The notes under the pieces: model-generated
Databases searched by the model: none
What the model was told of the DNA's origin: nothing
The model's input: the letters and a program-made list of their open reading frames with translations, nothing else
Shown: positions 8,932 to 17,252 of the stretch, piece after piece
How positions within the stretch are numbered: position 1 is the first letter of the stretch
Layout of the letters: every line of letters starts with the position of its first letter
NCBI GenBank assembly: GCA_037200925.1
Contig: JBBCGO010000001.1
Coordinates: forward strand, 73,552-137,551
Source: Candidatus Doudnabacteria bacterium
Lineage (GTDB): Bacteria > Patescibacteriota > Doudnabacteria > UBA920 > O2-02-FULL-48-8
DNA length: 64,000 nucleotides
Direction of reading: 5' to 3'
Program-made: the position numbers and the translations under genes

Positions 8932-10077
8932 ATGACTTCTAAGCCTCGGTTGAAAATCGGGATTGTCTGCTACCCGTCAGTCGGAGGGAGCGGAATAGTT
9001 GCTACCGACCTTGGCAATCAATTGGCCCTTTTGGGGCACGAAATCCATTTCATCAGCTATGAACGGCCTTTTCGTCTTGGCTCCAATTCCGCAAATGTTT
9101 TTTTTAATCAAGTAAAGATAAATGAATATGAACTGTTTCGCTATCCGGATTACACCCTACCTTTGGCAGTGAAGATCGGAGACATAAGCCAAAAATACAG
9201 CCTTGACATCATCCACGCTCATTATGCAATTCCTCACGCGACTGCCGCTTTGCTGGCAAAAAATATAGTCAGACATTGCAGCCAGCAGAAGCCCAAAGTG
9301 GTAACTACTCTCCACGGCACTGATATTACCCTTTTGGCCCGCGATCCGAACTTGCGTTCGATCATTCAGTATTCGATCGAAGAGTCGGATGGGGTCACTG
9401 CCGTTTCCAACAGCTTGCGCGAAGAAAGCATCAGTCTGCTGGGGATCAAAAAAGCCGTCGAAGTCATTTATAATTTTTATCAGCCCAAGATCCCGGCCAT
9501 ACCGGCAGCGCAAATAAGGAAGGATTTGGGGATCGGAACGGACGAATTTATGGTTATTCACCTTTCCAATCTTCGTCCCGTCAAACGCATTCCGGACCTC
9601 CTGCGAATAGTCGCCGCGTCGAAGCATGTGCGCAAACTGAAGCTGGTGATCTTATCCGGCGGCAATTTTGAGCAATTCCTGCCGCTGGTTGACGAGTTAA
9701 AATTGAAAAACAACATCATTGTCCGCGAAAACATTTTAGATATTGAAAATTATATCAATGCAGCCGATCTGGGCATTTATCCGTCCGAAACGGAAAGCTT
9801 CGGCATGGGTATTTTAGAAACCCTGAGCTTCGGTAAGCCTGTTCTGGCCAGCAATTCAGGAGGCATTCCCGAAGTCATGCAGCACGGCAGAACCGGATAT
9901 CTCTATCCGGTGGGAGATGTCCAATCGTTCACACAAGGCCTTGATGAACTGATCGAAAATCCTCAAGAAAGGCAGAAGATGGGGGAGCGGGGCAAGGTTC
10001 GGGCCCAAAGCTTATTTAATACCGAGAAAATAGTTAAAGAATATTTTGATTTTTATCAAAAAACCCTGAATTCCTAG
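8932..10077 (+). CDS. GT4 glycosyltransferase, BshA-like (N-acetylglucosaminyl-malate synthase family)
   Basis: 'KIGIVCYPSVGGSGIVATDLGNQLALLGHEIHFIS...HAHYAIPHA...VTTLHGTDIT...VTAVS' closely follows the BshA N-terminal consensus. The ORF is open from 8914 (TTG); the ATG at 8932 is preferred. Confidence 0.65.
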   Translation: MTSKPRLKIGIVCYPSVGGSGIVATDLGNQLALLGHEIHFISYERPFRLGSNSANVFFNQVKINEYELFRYPDYTLPLAVKIGDISQKYSLDIIHAHYAIPHATAALLAKNIVRHCSQQKPKVVTTLHGTDITLLARDPNLRSIIQYSIEESDGVTAVSNSLREESISLLGIKKAVEVIYNFYQPKIPAIPAAQIRKDLGIGTDEFMVIHLSNLRPVKRIPDLLRIVAASKHVRKLKLVILSGGNFEQFLPLVDELKLKNNIIVRENILDIENYINAADLGIYPSETESFGMGILETLSFGKPVLASNSGGIPEVMQHGRTGYLYPVGDVQSFTQGLDELIENPQERQKMGERGKVRAQSLFNTEKIVKEYFDFYQKTLNS

Positions 10078-10202
10078 GCATTTTGCTATCATTTGACAAA
10101 TCCGGGCGAAAGGTGTAAATTATTGTGTTATAGTAGAGATATAGGATTCTTCTTTTTCGGTTATTCAGTTATGTATAATTTTTGGCCTCCAAGGAGGATG
10201 CC

Positions 10203-10940
10203 ATGCGACGGTTGATCATCTCGTTCGTGTTTGTGCTTGCGGCACACGCTCACGCGTTCGCCGCGGATCCGCCCGGACCGGTTCAGCAGGCCTACAGCGA
10301 GCGGCAGCTGACCGCAATCGAAGCGGCCATCGGCGATTCTGCTGCCGTGATCTGGCAAGCTGCTAATCAGCAATCGGCCGAGGTCAAGACCAAGCTTGTC
10401 TTGGGACTTGAAACGAACAGGAAGAAGAACGGGTTCGTTCTCCTGGACGGGAACAAGCCGCTGATCGGTCTCTTGCAGCAGCAGTATGACAAACTGAAGC
10501 CAGGGAACCCGCGTCCCGTTGTGATCCATTTGTTCCGTAGCAATTCGGAGCAATTCAACACAATCGGCGACGATGTCTACCTCGATGCCGCCACTGTCAG
10601 AGGACTTTCAGGGATGGCGGGCGGACAACTCGTCCTGCTCGGAATTCTGGCTCATGAAGTCAGCCACGAACCTGCCGACTTCGCGCGAATCCAGCTGTTC
10701 GGATCGCAGAATTTCACGCCGGATCTGAAAAAGATCCTCATACAGCGCCTTGAAAATCGCACAGATGAACGTGCAGTCAAGATGCTGGAAGATGCAGGGC
10801 TTGACCCCGCCGTGATGATCCGCGTTGTTCAGATGCTCATCGAGAGCAATCCGAATGAAGCCACGCGGCTCGCGGCTCGGAAGGGCCGGATCGAAGAAGT
10901 GATCAAAGCCCGCACTGTGGCTACCGCCGGCTCGCGCTAA
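10203..10940 (+). CDS. Secreted HExxH (zincin-like) metallopeptidase-like protein; GC-rich cassette
   Basis: Signal peptide 'MRRLIISFVFVLAAHAHAFA', then 'LAHEVSHE' HExxH. About 58% GC with G/C-ending codons. AAGGAGG sits 5 nt before the ATG; the ORF track starts at 10182. Confidence 0.55.
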   Translation: MRRLIISFVFVLAAHAHAFAADPPGPVQQAYSERQLTAIEAAIGDSAAVIWQAANQQSAEVKTKLVLGLETNRKKNGFVLLDGNKPLIGLLQQQYDKLKPGNPRPVVIHLFRSNSEQFNTIGDDVYLDAATVRGLSGMAGGQLVLLGILAHEVSHEPADFARIQLFGSQNFTPDLKKILIQRLENRTDERAVKMLEDAGLDPAVMIRVVQMLIESNPNEATRLAARKGRIEEVIKARTVATAGSR

Positions 10941-11075
10941 GGTTTGCCTTATGCGATCGGACTTTTTGACTTAGGAGATAGCAGATCAACATCTGCTTCA
11001 CCTGGGTCTTTTTCTTTTACATTTTTTTTAAAATATGTTTTAATAAGCTGGTATTGTAGATAATTAAAAAACCGG

Positions 11076-11561
11076 ATGGGAAACAAAAAAAACCTTACAA
11101 TACTTGCGGTTTTAACGCTAATTTTTGTAACCGGGGTTTATTTGGCTTATAGATATAGGACCCCGGTACACCAGGTTCAAATCGGTCTTTTTGATGAAAC
11201 TGAGTCGCCCGACGCAGCCTATACGATTACTTTCCCTAATGTAACCAGAATGGTTTTTAGCCCCGACCAGAAGCCTTTAAGCGATTTGGTTTATTCCTTG
11301 AATTCCGGGCCCCAATATTTTATTGTTACCTATAATAACGGTAAAAAGGGTGATGAGGTTACTTTCAATGCAATTGGCACGGTAGATGAATTAATGAGTT
11401 TTTATTCAGGTCAAAAAAATTATCAGGTCATAAAAAAATACAGTAATGACAAGCAAGGCTTTGTAGAGTTAATCCAAGGCACGACAAGCATCAGGGTTTT
11501 ACTGATACAGCAAACCCCAGCTACGACGGTAAAAGTTACTATTCAAGGAATAACCAATTGA
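11076..11561 (+). CDS. Small N-terminally anchored membrane protein (module partner 1)
   Basis: N-terminal TM, then a ~130-aa beta-rich domain ending 'TTVKVTIQGITN'. Stop is 1 nt before the next start. Confidence 0.5.
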   Translation: MGNKKNLTILAVLTLIFVTGVYLAYRYRTPVHQVQIGLFDETESPDAAYTITFPNVTRMVFSPDQKPLSDLVYSLNSGPQYFIVTYNNGKKGDEVTFNAIGTVDELMSFYSGQKNYQVIKKYSNDKQGFVELIQGTTSIRVLLIQQTPATTVKVTIQGITN

Positions 11562-11562
11562 T

Positions 11563-13059
11563 ATGAAACGTAACTTATATTATTTATTGGCTTTCTTGTT
11601 CCTGGTTTTTATTGTTTTATCGCCGTCCAAAGAAGCGAAGGCGAACTCCACAACGTGTTACACGGCGGAAGGGACCGGAGGATCCGAGAATTTTTATTGT
11701 ACCCCGGCAAACGGATATACATGTGATTGCGGCGCTAACAGTGCCAGTTGTACCGATAACGGATCATATACTTGGCACGATGCCTATGGGAATTCCGGAA
11801 CTTGCTGGTCGGGATCAACTTGTAGCTGCACCACTACTTCCTATTCTTGTGGGGGCGGATCTACCTGCGATGGTCCTGTAAATGGAACCGGAAACGGCAC
11901 TCCCGGACAGACCGTTTGCGGTACGAACGGATGGACGTACACCTGCACTGCTCCGGGAAGTTGGATCGGGGGGCCGGGTTTTGGAAGTACATGTCCTGCT
12001 TGCTATTCTCAATCATCCTACTACTCTCAATCCAGTTATTACTCCCAATCATCCTACTACTCTCAATCCTCCTACTATTCCCAATCTTCTTATTACTCCC
12101 AAGCAGCCTACTACGCCCAATCAGCATACTACTCTCAGGCAACCTATTATAGTCAAGCAACTTATTACTCCCAAGCCGCCTACTACGCCCAATCAGCATA
12201 CTACTCTCAAGCAACCTATTATAGTCAGGCAACCTACTACTCCCAGGCAGCATATGTAGTAGCTCCCACAGCCCCGACCCTGACCAAAGTGGATAATATC
12301 AATACCGATGCTTCGGTGCCCTGTTCTAAGCTGAAAGTAACCTGGACTGATAACTCCGGCAATGAAACCGGCTTCATAGTCCTGCGATCAACCACATCAG
12401 GCTCAGGGTATGCCAATATCTCAGGCAACCTGCCTGCCCAGAGCGGCACAGGCACCTTTGGCACTTACCTGGATACCCCTCCTTCCACCGGAGTGACCTA
12501 TTTCTATGTGGTCCAGGCCTTCAATGCCGGGGGCAACAGCCAGTCAAACGAGAAGAGCATCATGAACGTTGTCTGTTCTGCCAACTTTGCCAATACAACG
12601 AAGTTTGTCAGTAAGGTCAACGGCAACCCCTATAGTCCCAGCACTTCAGTCAATAACGGGGATACCCTGACCTACCAGATCACCCTGGTCAATTCCGGCC
12701 CTTCTGCAGCCACGGTCAACTACATCTGCGACACTGTCTCTTCCAACCTGACCAATCTTAGGAACCTGACGGTTACAGGCCCGGGCTCTGTTAATGGGGG
12801 ACTGACAGCCAACAGCCCTACCTGCTCCGGTAATTATCTGTTTAACATCTCAGGCAACAAGGATGTGACCAATAACTGGATCATTACCTATGATGCCAAT
12901 GTCAGCACCGCATCCGCCGATATCCAGGAAGTGGTGACCAATACCTTTACCATCCATTACACTGATTCTTCAGCCAAAAGCTTCTCAGGCTCAGCCCCGA
13001 ACATCATTGTCAATTCCTCCACAGGCAAGACCCCGATCATCAGGGAAGTCGGGCCGTAG
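11563..13059 (+). CDS. Secreted Cys-rich protein with (S-Y-Y-S-Q)n pentapeptide tandem repeat, Fn3-like and DUF11-like domains (repeat protein A)
   Basis: Signal/TM, then a Cys/Gly/Thr-rich module. About 17 copies of 'SYYSQ' variants follow, then 'KVTWTDNSGNETGF...YFYVVQAFNAGG' (Fn3-like) and 'GDTLTYQITLVNSG' (DUF11-like). Confidence 0.6.
   Translation: MKRNLYYLLAFLFLVFIVLSPSKEAKANSTTCYTAEGTGGSENFYCTPANGYTCDCGANSASCTDNGSYTWHDAYGNSGTCWSGSTCSCTTTSYSCGGGSTCDGPVNGTGNGTPGQTVCGTNGWTYTCTAPGSWIGGPGFGSTCPACYSQSSYYSQSSYYSQSSYYSQSSYYSQSSYYSQAAYYAQSAYYSQATYYSQATYYSQAAYYAQSAYYSQATYYSQATYYSQAAYVVAPTAPTLTKVDNINTDASVPCSKLKVTWTDNSGNETGFIVLRSTTSGSGYANISGNLPAQSGTGTFGTYLDTPPSTGVTYFYVVQAFNAGGNSQSNEKSIMNVVCSANFANTTKFVSKVNGNPYSPSTSVNNGDTLTYQITLVNSGPSAATVNYICDTVSSNLTNLRNLTVTGPGSVNGGLTANSPTCSGNYLFNISGNKDVTNNWIITYDANVSTASADIQEVVTNTFTIHYTDSSAKSFSGSAPNIIVNSSTGKTPIIREVGP
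11998..12255 (+). repeat. Imperfect 15-bp tandem repeat (~17 units) encoding the SYYSQ pentapeptide array in repeat protein A
   Basis: 'tactactctcaatcc / agttattactcccaatcatcc...' has period 15. Equivalent arrays lie at 13969..14040 and 14167..14395 in protein B and 17646..17873 in protein C. Confidence 0.85.
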
Positions 13060-13105
13060 AAATGTTCGAAAAAGTCTGATAAAATAAATTATAAACACAA
13101 AATTT

Positions 13106-13678
13106 ATGGCAAACAGATATATCGCTTTGATCATAGTTTTGATAGCTCTCGCGATCGGGGGAGTATTCATCGGAGTTGTGTATTGGATCAATTTCCCGGT
13201 CAAAGCTCCTGCAACCGGACAAACAAGCACCACAACAACCAGCGCGTCTGCGGTAAATCCGGCTCCTTCACTCCCTCAAGCAGTCCCTGCCTCAACTCCC
13301 GAAGATTTGCTGAAAGTAATGCGCACGTATGCAAAAATCTCCGTCCCGGAAATTGCCTCGCAAACAGATGCCACAGCCAAGGACATACCCAGTCCCATTG
13401 CCACTTTACTCGGATCACAAACAAACTTAAAGGTAACAGCTGTGAATTATGCGAACAAATCATCCGGGCTTATTATTGAATTTGCAGAGCCGAAAAATGT
13501 TCAGGATACTTTTACCATATTCCGTCACCCCAGCAGCGATTGGAACGTATTGTCGGGAACTAATGCTCCTATGGCCGCTTTAGTTGATCTGGATAATGCC
13601 AATTACTCTGTTGTAATTGAATTGAGCCAAGTTGCGGATACCCAAACAGCGGTAAAGACCTGGGTCATAAAGAAGTAA
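13106..13678 (+). CDS. Small N-terminally anchored membrane protein (module partner 2)
   Basis: TM 'IALIIVLIALAIGGVFIGVVYWI', a Thr/Ser/Pro linker, then a beta-rich domain ending 'TAVKTWVIKK'. Confidence 0.5.
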   Translation: MANRYIALIIVLIALAIGGVFIGVVYWINFPVKAPATGQTSTTTTSASAVNPAPSLPQAVPASTPEDLLKVMRTYAKISVPEIASQTDATAKDIPSPIATLLGSQTNLKVTAVNYANKSSGLIIEFAEPKNVQDTFTIFRHPSSDWNVLSGTNAPMAALVDLDNANYSVVIELSQVADTQTAVKTWVIKK

Positions 13679-13698
13679 TGAATTAAATAAACAACAGT

Positions 13699-15174
13699 TT
13701 GAAACAAATACGCAAACAATTAGTGCTGTATATTGTGCTAGGCCTTGCAACTGCCATGGTATTTTTTGCAGTGCCTCATTCTTCAGCTGATACGATTTGG
13801 TGTTCTACTTTCCAATTTTGCAATGGAGGCGCTTCCTGTGCACCAAATCCATCAATGGCTCCAACCGATTGCCCTTCTACTGGCCATTGTTCAGATAATG
13901 GTTTTTCAATATGCGGCGATTTTCTTTATTGCGATAATGGTAATTATGCCATTTGCGATGCAACATACTCCCAATCCTCCTACTACTCCCAATCCAGTTA
14001 TTACTCCCAGGCAGCCTATTATTCCCAACCATCCTATTATTCTGAACCGCAATATTATCGCTGGCAGGGAGGCGGGGGATGCATATGTATGCCGGCCAAT
14101 CCAGGTGACTGCGTCATAACCAACACTGCAAATTGCACGGTAAACTCTAACTGCGCTGGTCTTCCTGCCTGCTACTCTCAATCCTCCTACTATTCCCAAT
14201 CAGCTTACTACGCCCAATCAGCATATTACTCCCAATCAGCATACTATTCTCAAGCGTCATATGGCGGCGGTTATTCCCAAGCAGCTTACTACGCCCAGTC
14301 TGCATACTATTCTCAGGCAGCCTATGCGGGTTACTCTGAAGCATCCTACTATTCCCAAGCAGCCTACTATGCCCAGGCATCGTATGTCTCTGCTCCAACC
14401 GCTCCTTCAGGCGTGGCTGTGGACAATGGCACTTGCGGCCAATTGACCGTGACCTGGACTGATAATTCCAACAATGAGACCGGTTTTACAATATGGAGAT
14501 CAACCACATCAGGCTCAGGGTATGGCCAGGTCGGCAGCGTAGGCCCTAATATTACGTCATTCCCAGACACCCCTCCTACCCCAGATATGACCTATTATTA
14601 TGTGGTCCAGTCGGTCAATGCCGGAGGAAGCACCCAGTCAGTATTAGAAGCAAGCGCTTACGACAACCCGTGTGTTGCCAATTTATCCGGGACCGCCAAG
14701 GTCTTAACCCAGATCAACGGCGCAGCCTATTCTTCAAGCACTTCCATCAACGCCGGGGACGTGCTGACATACCAGATCACGATCATCAATTCCGGCAATG
14801 CCCCTGCTGATATCACTTTCATCTGCGACACCGTCTCTTCCAACCTGACCAATCTTCGGAACCTGACGGTTACAGGAACCGGCTCTTCGGGTTCAGGTTC
14901 TGCCATAGTATCCAACGGCGGCTGCGGAGCAGGCAGCTACAAGTTCAACGTTACAGGAGCCAAACAGCCCTCTCCTCCTGACCCAGGCAACTGGATAATT
15001 ACCTATGATGCCACAGTCACCCCGGCCAGTGCTGATATCCAGGAAGTGGTGACCAACAGCTTTGTCATCCATTACAACAACAACGGAGCTAAAACCTTTG
15101 CAGGCTCCTCCCCGAGCATCCTCATCAATGCCTCAGCAGGCCAGGCCCCGAACTTCCATGAAGTGACGCCGTAG
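13699..15174 (+). CDS. Secreted Cys-rich SYYSQ-repeat / Fn3-like / DUF11-like protein (repeat protein B)
   Basis: Same architecture as protein A. Its 3' ~1 kb is ~99% identical to 17646..18656. Confidence 0.6.
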   Translation: MKQIRKQLVLYIVLGLATAMVFFAVPHSSADTIWCSTFQFCNGGASCAPNPSMAPTDCPSTGHCSDNGFSICGDFLYCDNGNYAICDATYSQSSYYSQSSYYSQAAYYSQPSYYSEPQYYRWQGGGGCICMPANPGDCVITNTANCTVNSNCAGLPACYSQSSYYSQSAYYAQSAYYSQSAYYSQASYGGGYSQAAYYAQSAYYSQAAYAGYSEASYYSQAAYYAQASYVSAPTAPSGVAVDNGTCGQLTVTWTDNSNNETGFTIWRSTTSGSGYGQVGSVGPNITSFPDTPPTPDMTYYYVVQSVNAGGSTQSVLEASAYDNPCVANLSGTAKVLTQINGAAYSSSTSINAGDVLTYQITIINSGNAPADITFICDTVSSNLTNLRNLTVTGTGSSGSGSAIVSNGGCGAGSYKFNVTGAKQPSPPDPGNWIITYDATVTPASADIQEVVTNSFVIHYNNNGAKTFAGSSPSILINASAGQAPNFHEVTP

Positions 15175-15177
15175 AAT
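14167..15177 (+). repeat. Direct duplication, copy 1 (~1010 bp, ~99% identical to 17646..18656)
   Basis: The antisense ORFs in the track (14147.., 14261.., 14367.., 14727..) are identical to 17643.., 17739.., 17845.., 18205... Only a few substitutions differ, e.g. cctgacccaggc vs ccggaccccggc. Confidence 0.9.
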
Positions 15178-15394
15178 GCTTAGGCGATAAATTTGATTTA
15201 GCGACCAAAGAGCAGCTTAGAGATAGGCCGCTCTTTGTTTTATCCTATTTCTATTGACAGTATCATTATTTGCGAGTAAACTGATATATTACGATACTAA
15301 TACCGTAGCGGCTTGCTCTACTTAAAGAATAGTGTCGCAACCAAGCCTTTCAAAAAAGGTTTAAAGAATTCAATCCGCAGGAGGGTGTGATTTT

Positions 15395-15799
15395 ATGAAG
15401 CGTCTAGTCGCCTTAGCTTTCGGCTCGCTGTTCGTCGCGGCCTGCAGCAAGGAAATGCAGTCGCCCGCAGCTCCCGCCGCGCCTCAGCCGCAGGCCACGG
15501 TCTCTGTGCTTGGCACACTGTCGCTCGTCAGTTGCGATGACGGCGGCCCGGGCCATGGCACTCCCGCCTGCACTTTCTCGGGAATCGTCCGGAACAACGG
15601 ACCGGATTGTGCCGCAGGTATCCAGGGGACCACGACCGTCTTAGTTCAATTTGGCGGCGTGGCTCAGTCATGGAGCGTTAACGCCACGTTGCGGCCTCAA
15701 GAAACGACGCAGTTCACTGTTTTTGGCTTCAGTCAGGGAGAGATCCAAACGGGCAAGCCGGAATCTTCGGCTTCAGCCAGAGGGGTAACCTGCCCGTAG
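15395..15799 (+). CDS. Small lipoprotein (lipobox 'FVAAC'); GC-rich cassette
   Basis: 'MKRLVALAFGSLFVAACSKE', about 62% GC. GGAGGG ribosome-binding site upstream; hairpin plus 'TTTTCTTTTT' downstream. Confidence 0.5.
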   Translation: MKRLVALAFGSLFVAACSKEMQSPAAPAAPQPQATVSVLGTLSLVSCDDGGPGHGTPACTFSGIVRNNGPDCAAGIQGTTTVLVQFGGVAQSWSVNATLRPQETTQFTVFGFSQGEIQTGKPESSASARGVTCP

Positions 15800-15914
15800 C
15801 GAATTCACGCGGAGAGCGTTCATTTTCAAGTGAACCTCTGCCGCGTTTTCTTTTTGCCTGACCTTGCAAATTTTTGTTTTTAATCATGCTATAATTCACT
15901 TGAAGTTTTAATTT

Positions 15915-16628
15915 ATGAAACTAATTCCCAAGCGCTATTTGATAATAGTAAGCATCTTTGTCATCGGAATATTTTTAACCGTTGCAGCTTACAGCACGCT
16001 TCGCTTTCATGAGAAAAATAAAACACCAGTTTCTGCGGACAGCGCAAAGTCTGAACCTATCGTCCGATCACCTCAGGAAATGCTTAAGGAGCTGAGCAGG
16101 AACTCCCCTCAATTAGGAAGTCCAAACGCCCCGATTCAGGTCGTGGAATTTGCGGATTTTCAATGCCCATACTGCGAACAGTTTTATGCCACTGCTTTTA
16201 ATCAGATAAATGATAAGTATGTTAAAACAGGAAAGGTAAAATTTATTTTTGCCGACGCCCCGATCATCGGAGAAGAGTCGACGATCGCGGCCCGCGGAGG
16301 CAAGTGTGCGGATGAGCAGGGAAAATTTTGGGACTATTACAATTATTTGTTTCAGCATCAGAAACCCGAGAATAACGGCAACCTGAGAACATCTAATTTG
16401 AAAAAGATAGCTTTGCAGATCGGTCTCGATGGAGAGCAGTTTGACGCTTGCCTGGATTCGCAAAAATACGCTTCCGAGGTATCTGATGAATTGAAACTTT
16501 TCGGCGTGCTTGGCATTACCGGGACGCCTGGATTTGTCATTAATGATCAGGTAGTATCAGGCTATAAAGCGGGGGTAATTCAGGGGATAATTGATAAAGA
16601 ATTGAAGTCTATCGATCCGAATCCTTGA
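15915..16628 (+). CDS. DsbA/thioredoxin-family thiol:disulfide oxidoreductase, membrane anchored
   Basis: 'VVEFADFQCPYCEQF' CPYC active site, plus an N-terminal TM. Confidence 0.8.
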   Translation: MKLIPKRYLIIVSIFVIGIFLTVAAYSTLRFHEKNKTPVSADSAKSEPIVRSPQEMLKELSRNSPQLGSPNAPIQVVEFADFQCPYCEQFYATAFNQINDKYVKTGKVKFIFADAPIIGEESTIAARGGKCADEQGKFWDYYNYLFQHQKPENNGNLRTSNLKKIALQIGLDGEQFDACLDSQKYASEVSDELKLFGVLGITGTPGFVINDQVVSGYKAGVIQGIIDKELKSIDPNP

Positions 16629-16694
16629 CATTTGCCTGATTTGTTTTTTTATTGTATATTAAATTTGCTGTAATACCCCAAAAAATGAAATAAA

Positions 16695-17252
16695 ATGAAT
16701 AAAGCAGTCAAATGGGTTCTTATTGTAATCTTGATTTTGGGTGTAATAATCAGTGCTGGGTTCCTTGCAGTGAAATACTGGCCTAAGAATACCAATTCTC
16801 AGGCGAACATTCTTCAAAGAGAACAAGCAGCGGATGCCTATGTTCCAAGCAAAGACCCGGCAGCTGATCTGGCGGCAGACAAACAGAAACTTCTTAAGCT
16901 CGCTACGTTAAATTTTCTGGCGATTGATACGTCTGAGGTTTCCGATGTGCCTTCGGATCTGAATTTTTTGAAGATAAAGGATGCCACAAATTTAGTATCA
17001 AATAAAGTCAGCTACACTGACGGTTCAAATGGATTTTTGATAACAATGGATCTGGATTATCCTCTGTTTTCCGCCTATCAGACCGAAGCCAGGAGCATAC
17101 ACTATGAACAAGGCTGGAGCCAGATTTATGGAGCTATCACTAATACATTTGCTTTGCTGGAAGCAAAAAATAATACCAATCAGATCCAGATCAGGTTTAC
17201 AAGATTATCAACCGAACTTACAACCGTCGAGATTAAAGTACTGACGAAATGA
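16695..17252 (+). CDS. Small N-terminally anchored membrane protein (module partner 3)
   Basis: TM 'WVLIVILILGVIISAGFLAV', beta-rich domain ending 'TTVEIKVLTK'. Its stop overlaps the next start (ATGA). Confidence 0.5.
   Translation: MNKAVKWVLIVILILGVIISAGFLAVKYWPKNTNSQANILQREQAADAYVPSKDPAADLAADKQKLLKLATLNFLAIDTSEVSDVPSDLNFLKIKDATNLVSNKVSYTDGSNGFLITMDLDYPLFSAYQTEARSIHYEQGWSQIYGAITNTFALLEAKNNTNQIQIRFTRLSTELTTVEIKVLTK

Noticed and set aside
10146-10160. 'ttcttctttttcgg' upstream of the 10203 cassette and similar TTTTCTTTT strings inside AT-rich CDS (e.g. 7303, 19495)
   Set aside because: The short motif alone occurs by chance in an AT-rich genome. I count it only where it follows a GC hairpin directly downstream of a GC-rich cassette ORF.
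11998-12255. Regular short repeats that could be mistaken for a CRISPR array
   Set aside because: The period is 15 bp with no spacer/repeat alternation. The repeats lie inside long ORFs, where they encode SYYSQ pentapeptides. No cas genes are present.
11612-12464. Numerous 60-130-aa ORFs on both strands inside the repeat-protein genes (e.g. 11847, 11861, 11882, 14147, 14261, 17643, 17739)
   Set aside because: These are alternative-frame artefacts of the low-complexity 15-bp repeats. They are identical between the duplicated copies only because the DNA is duplicated.
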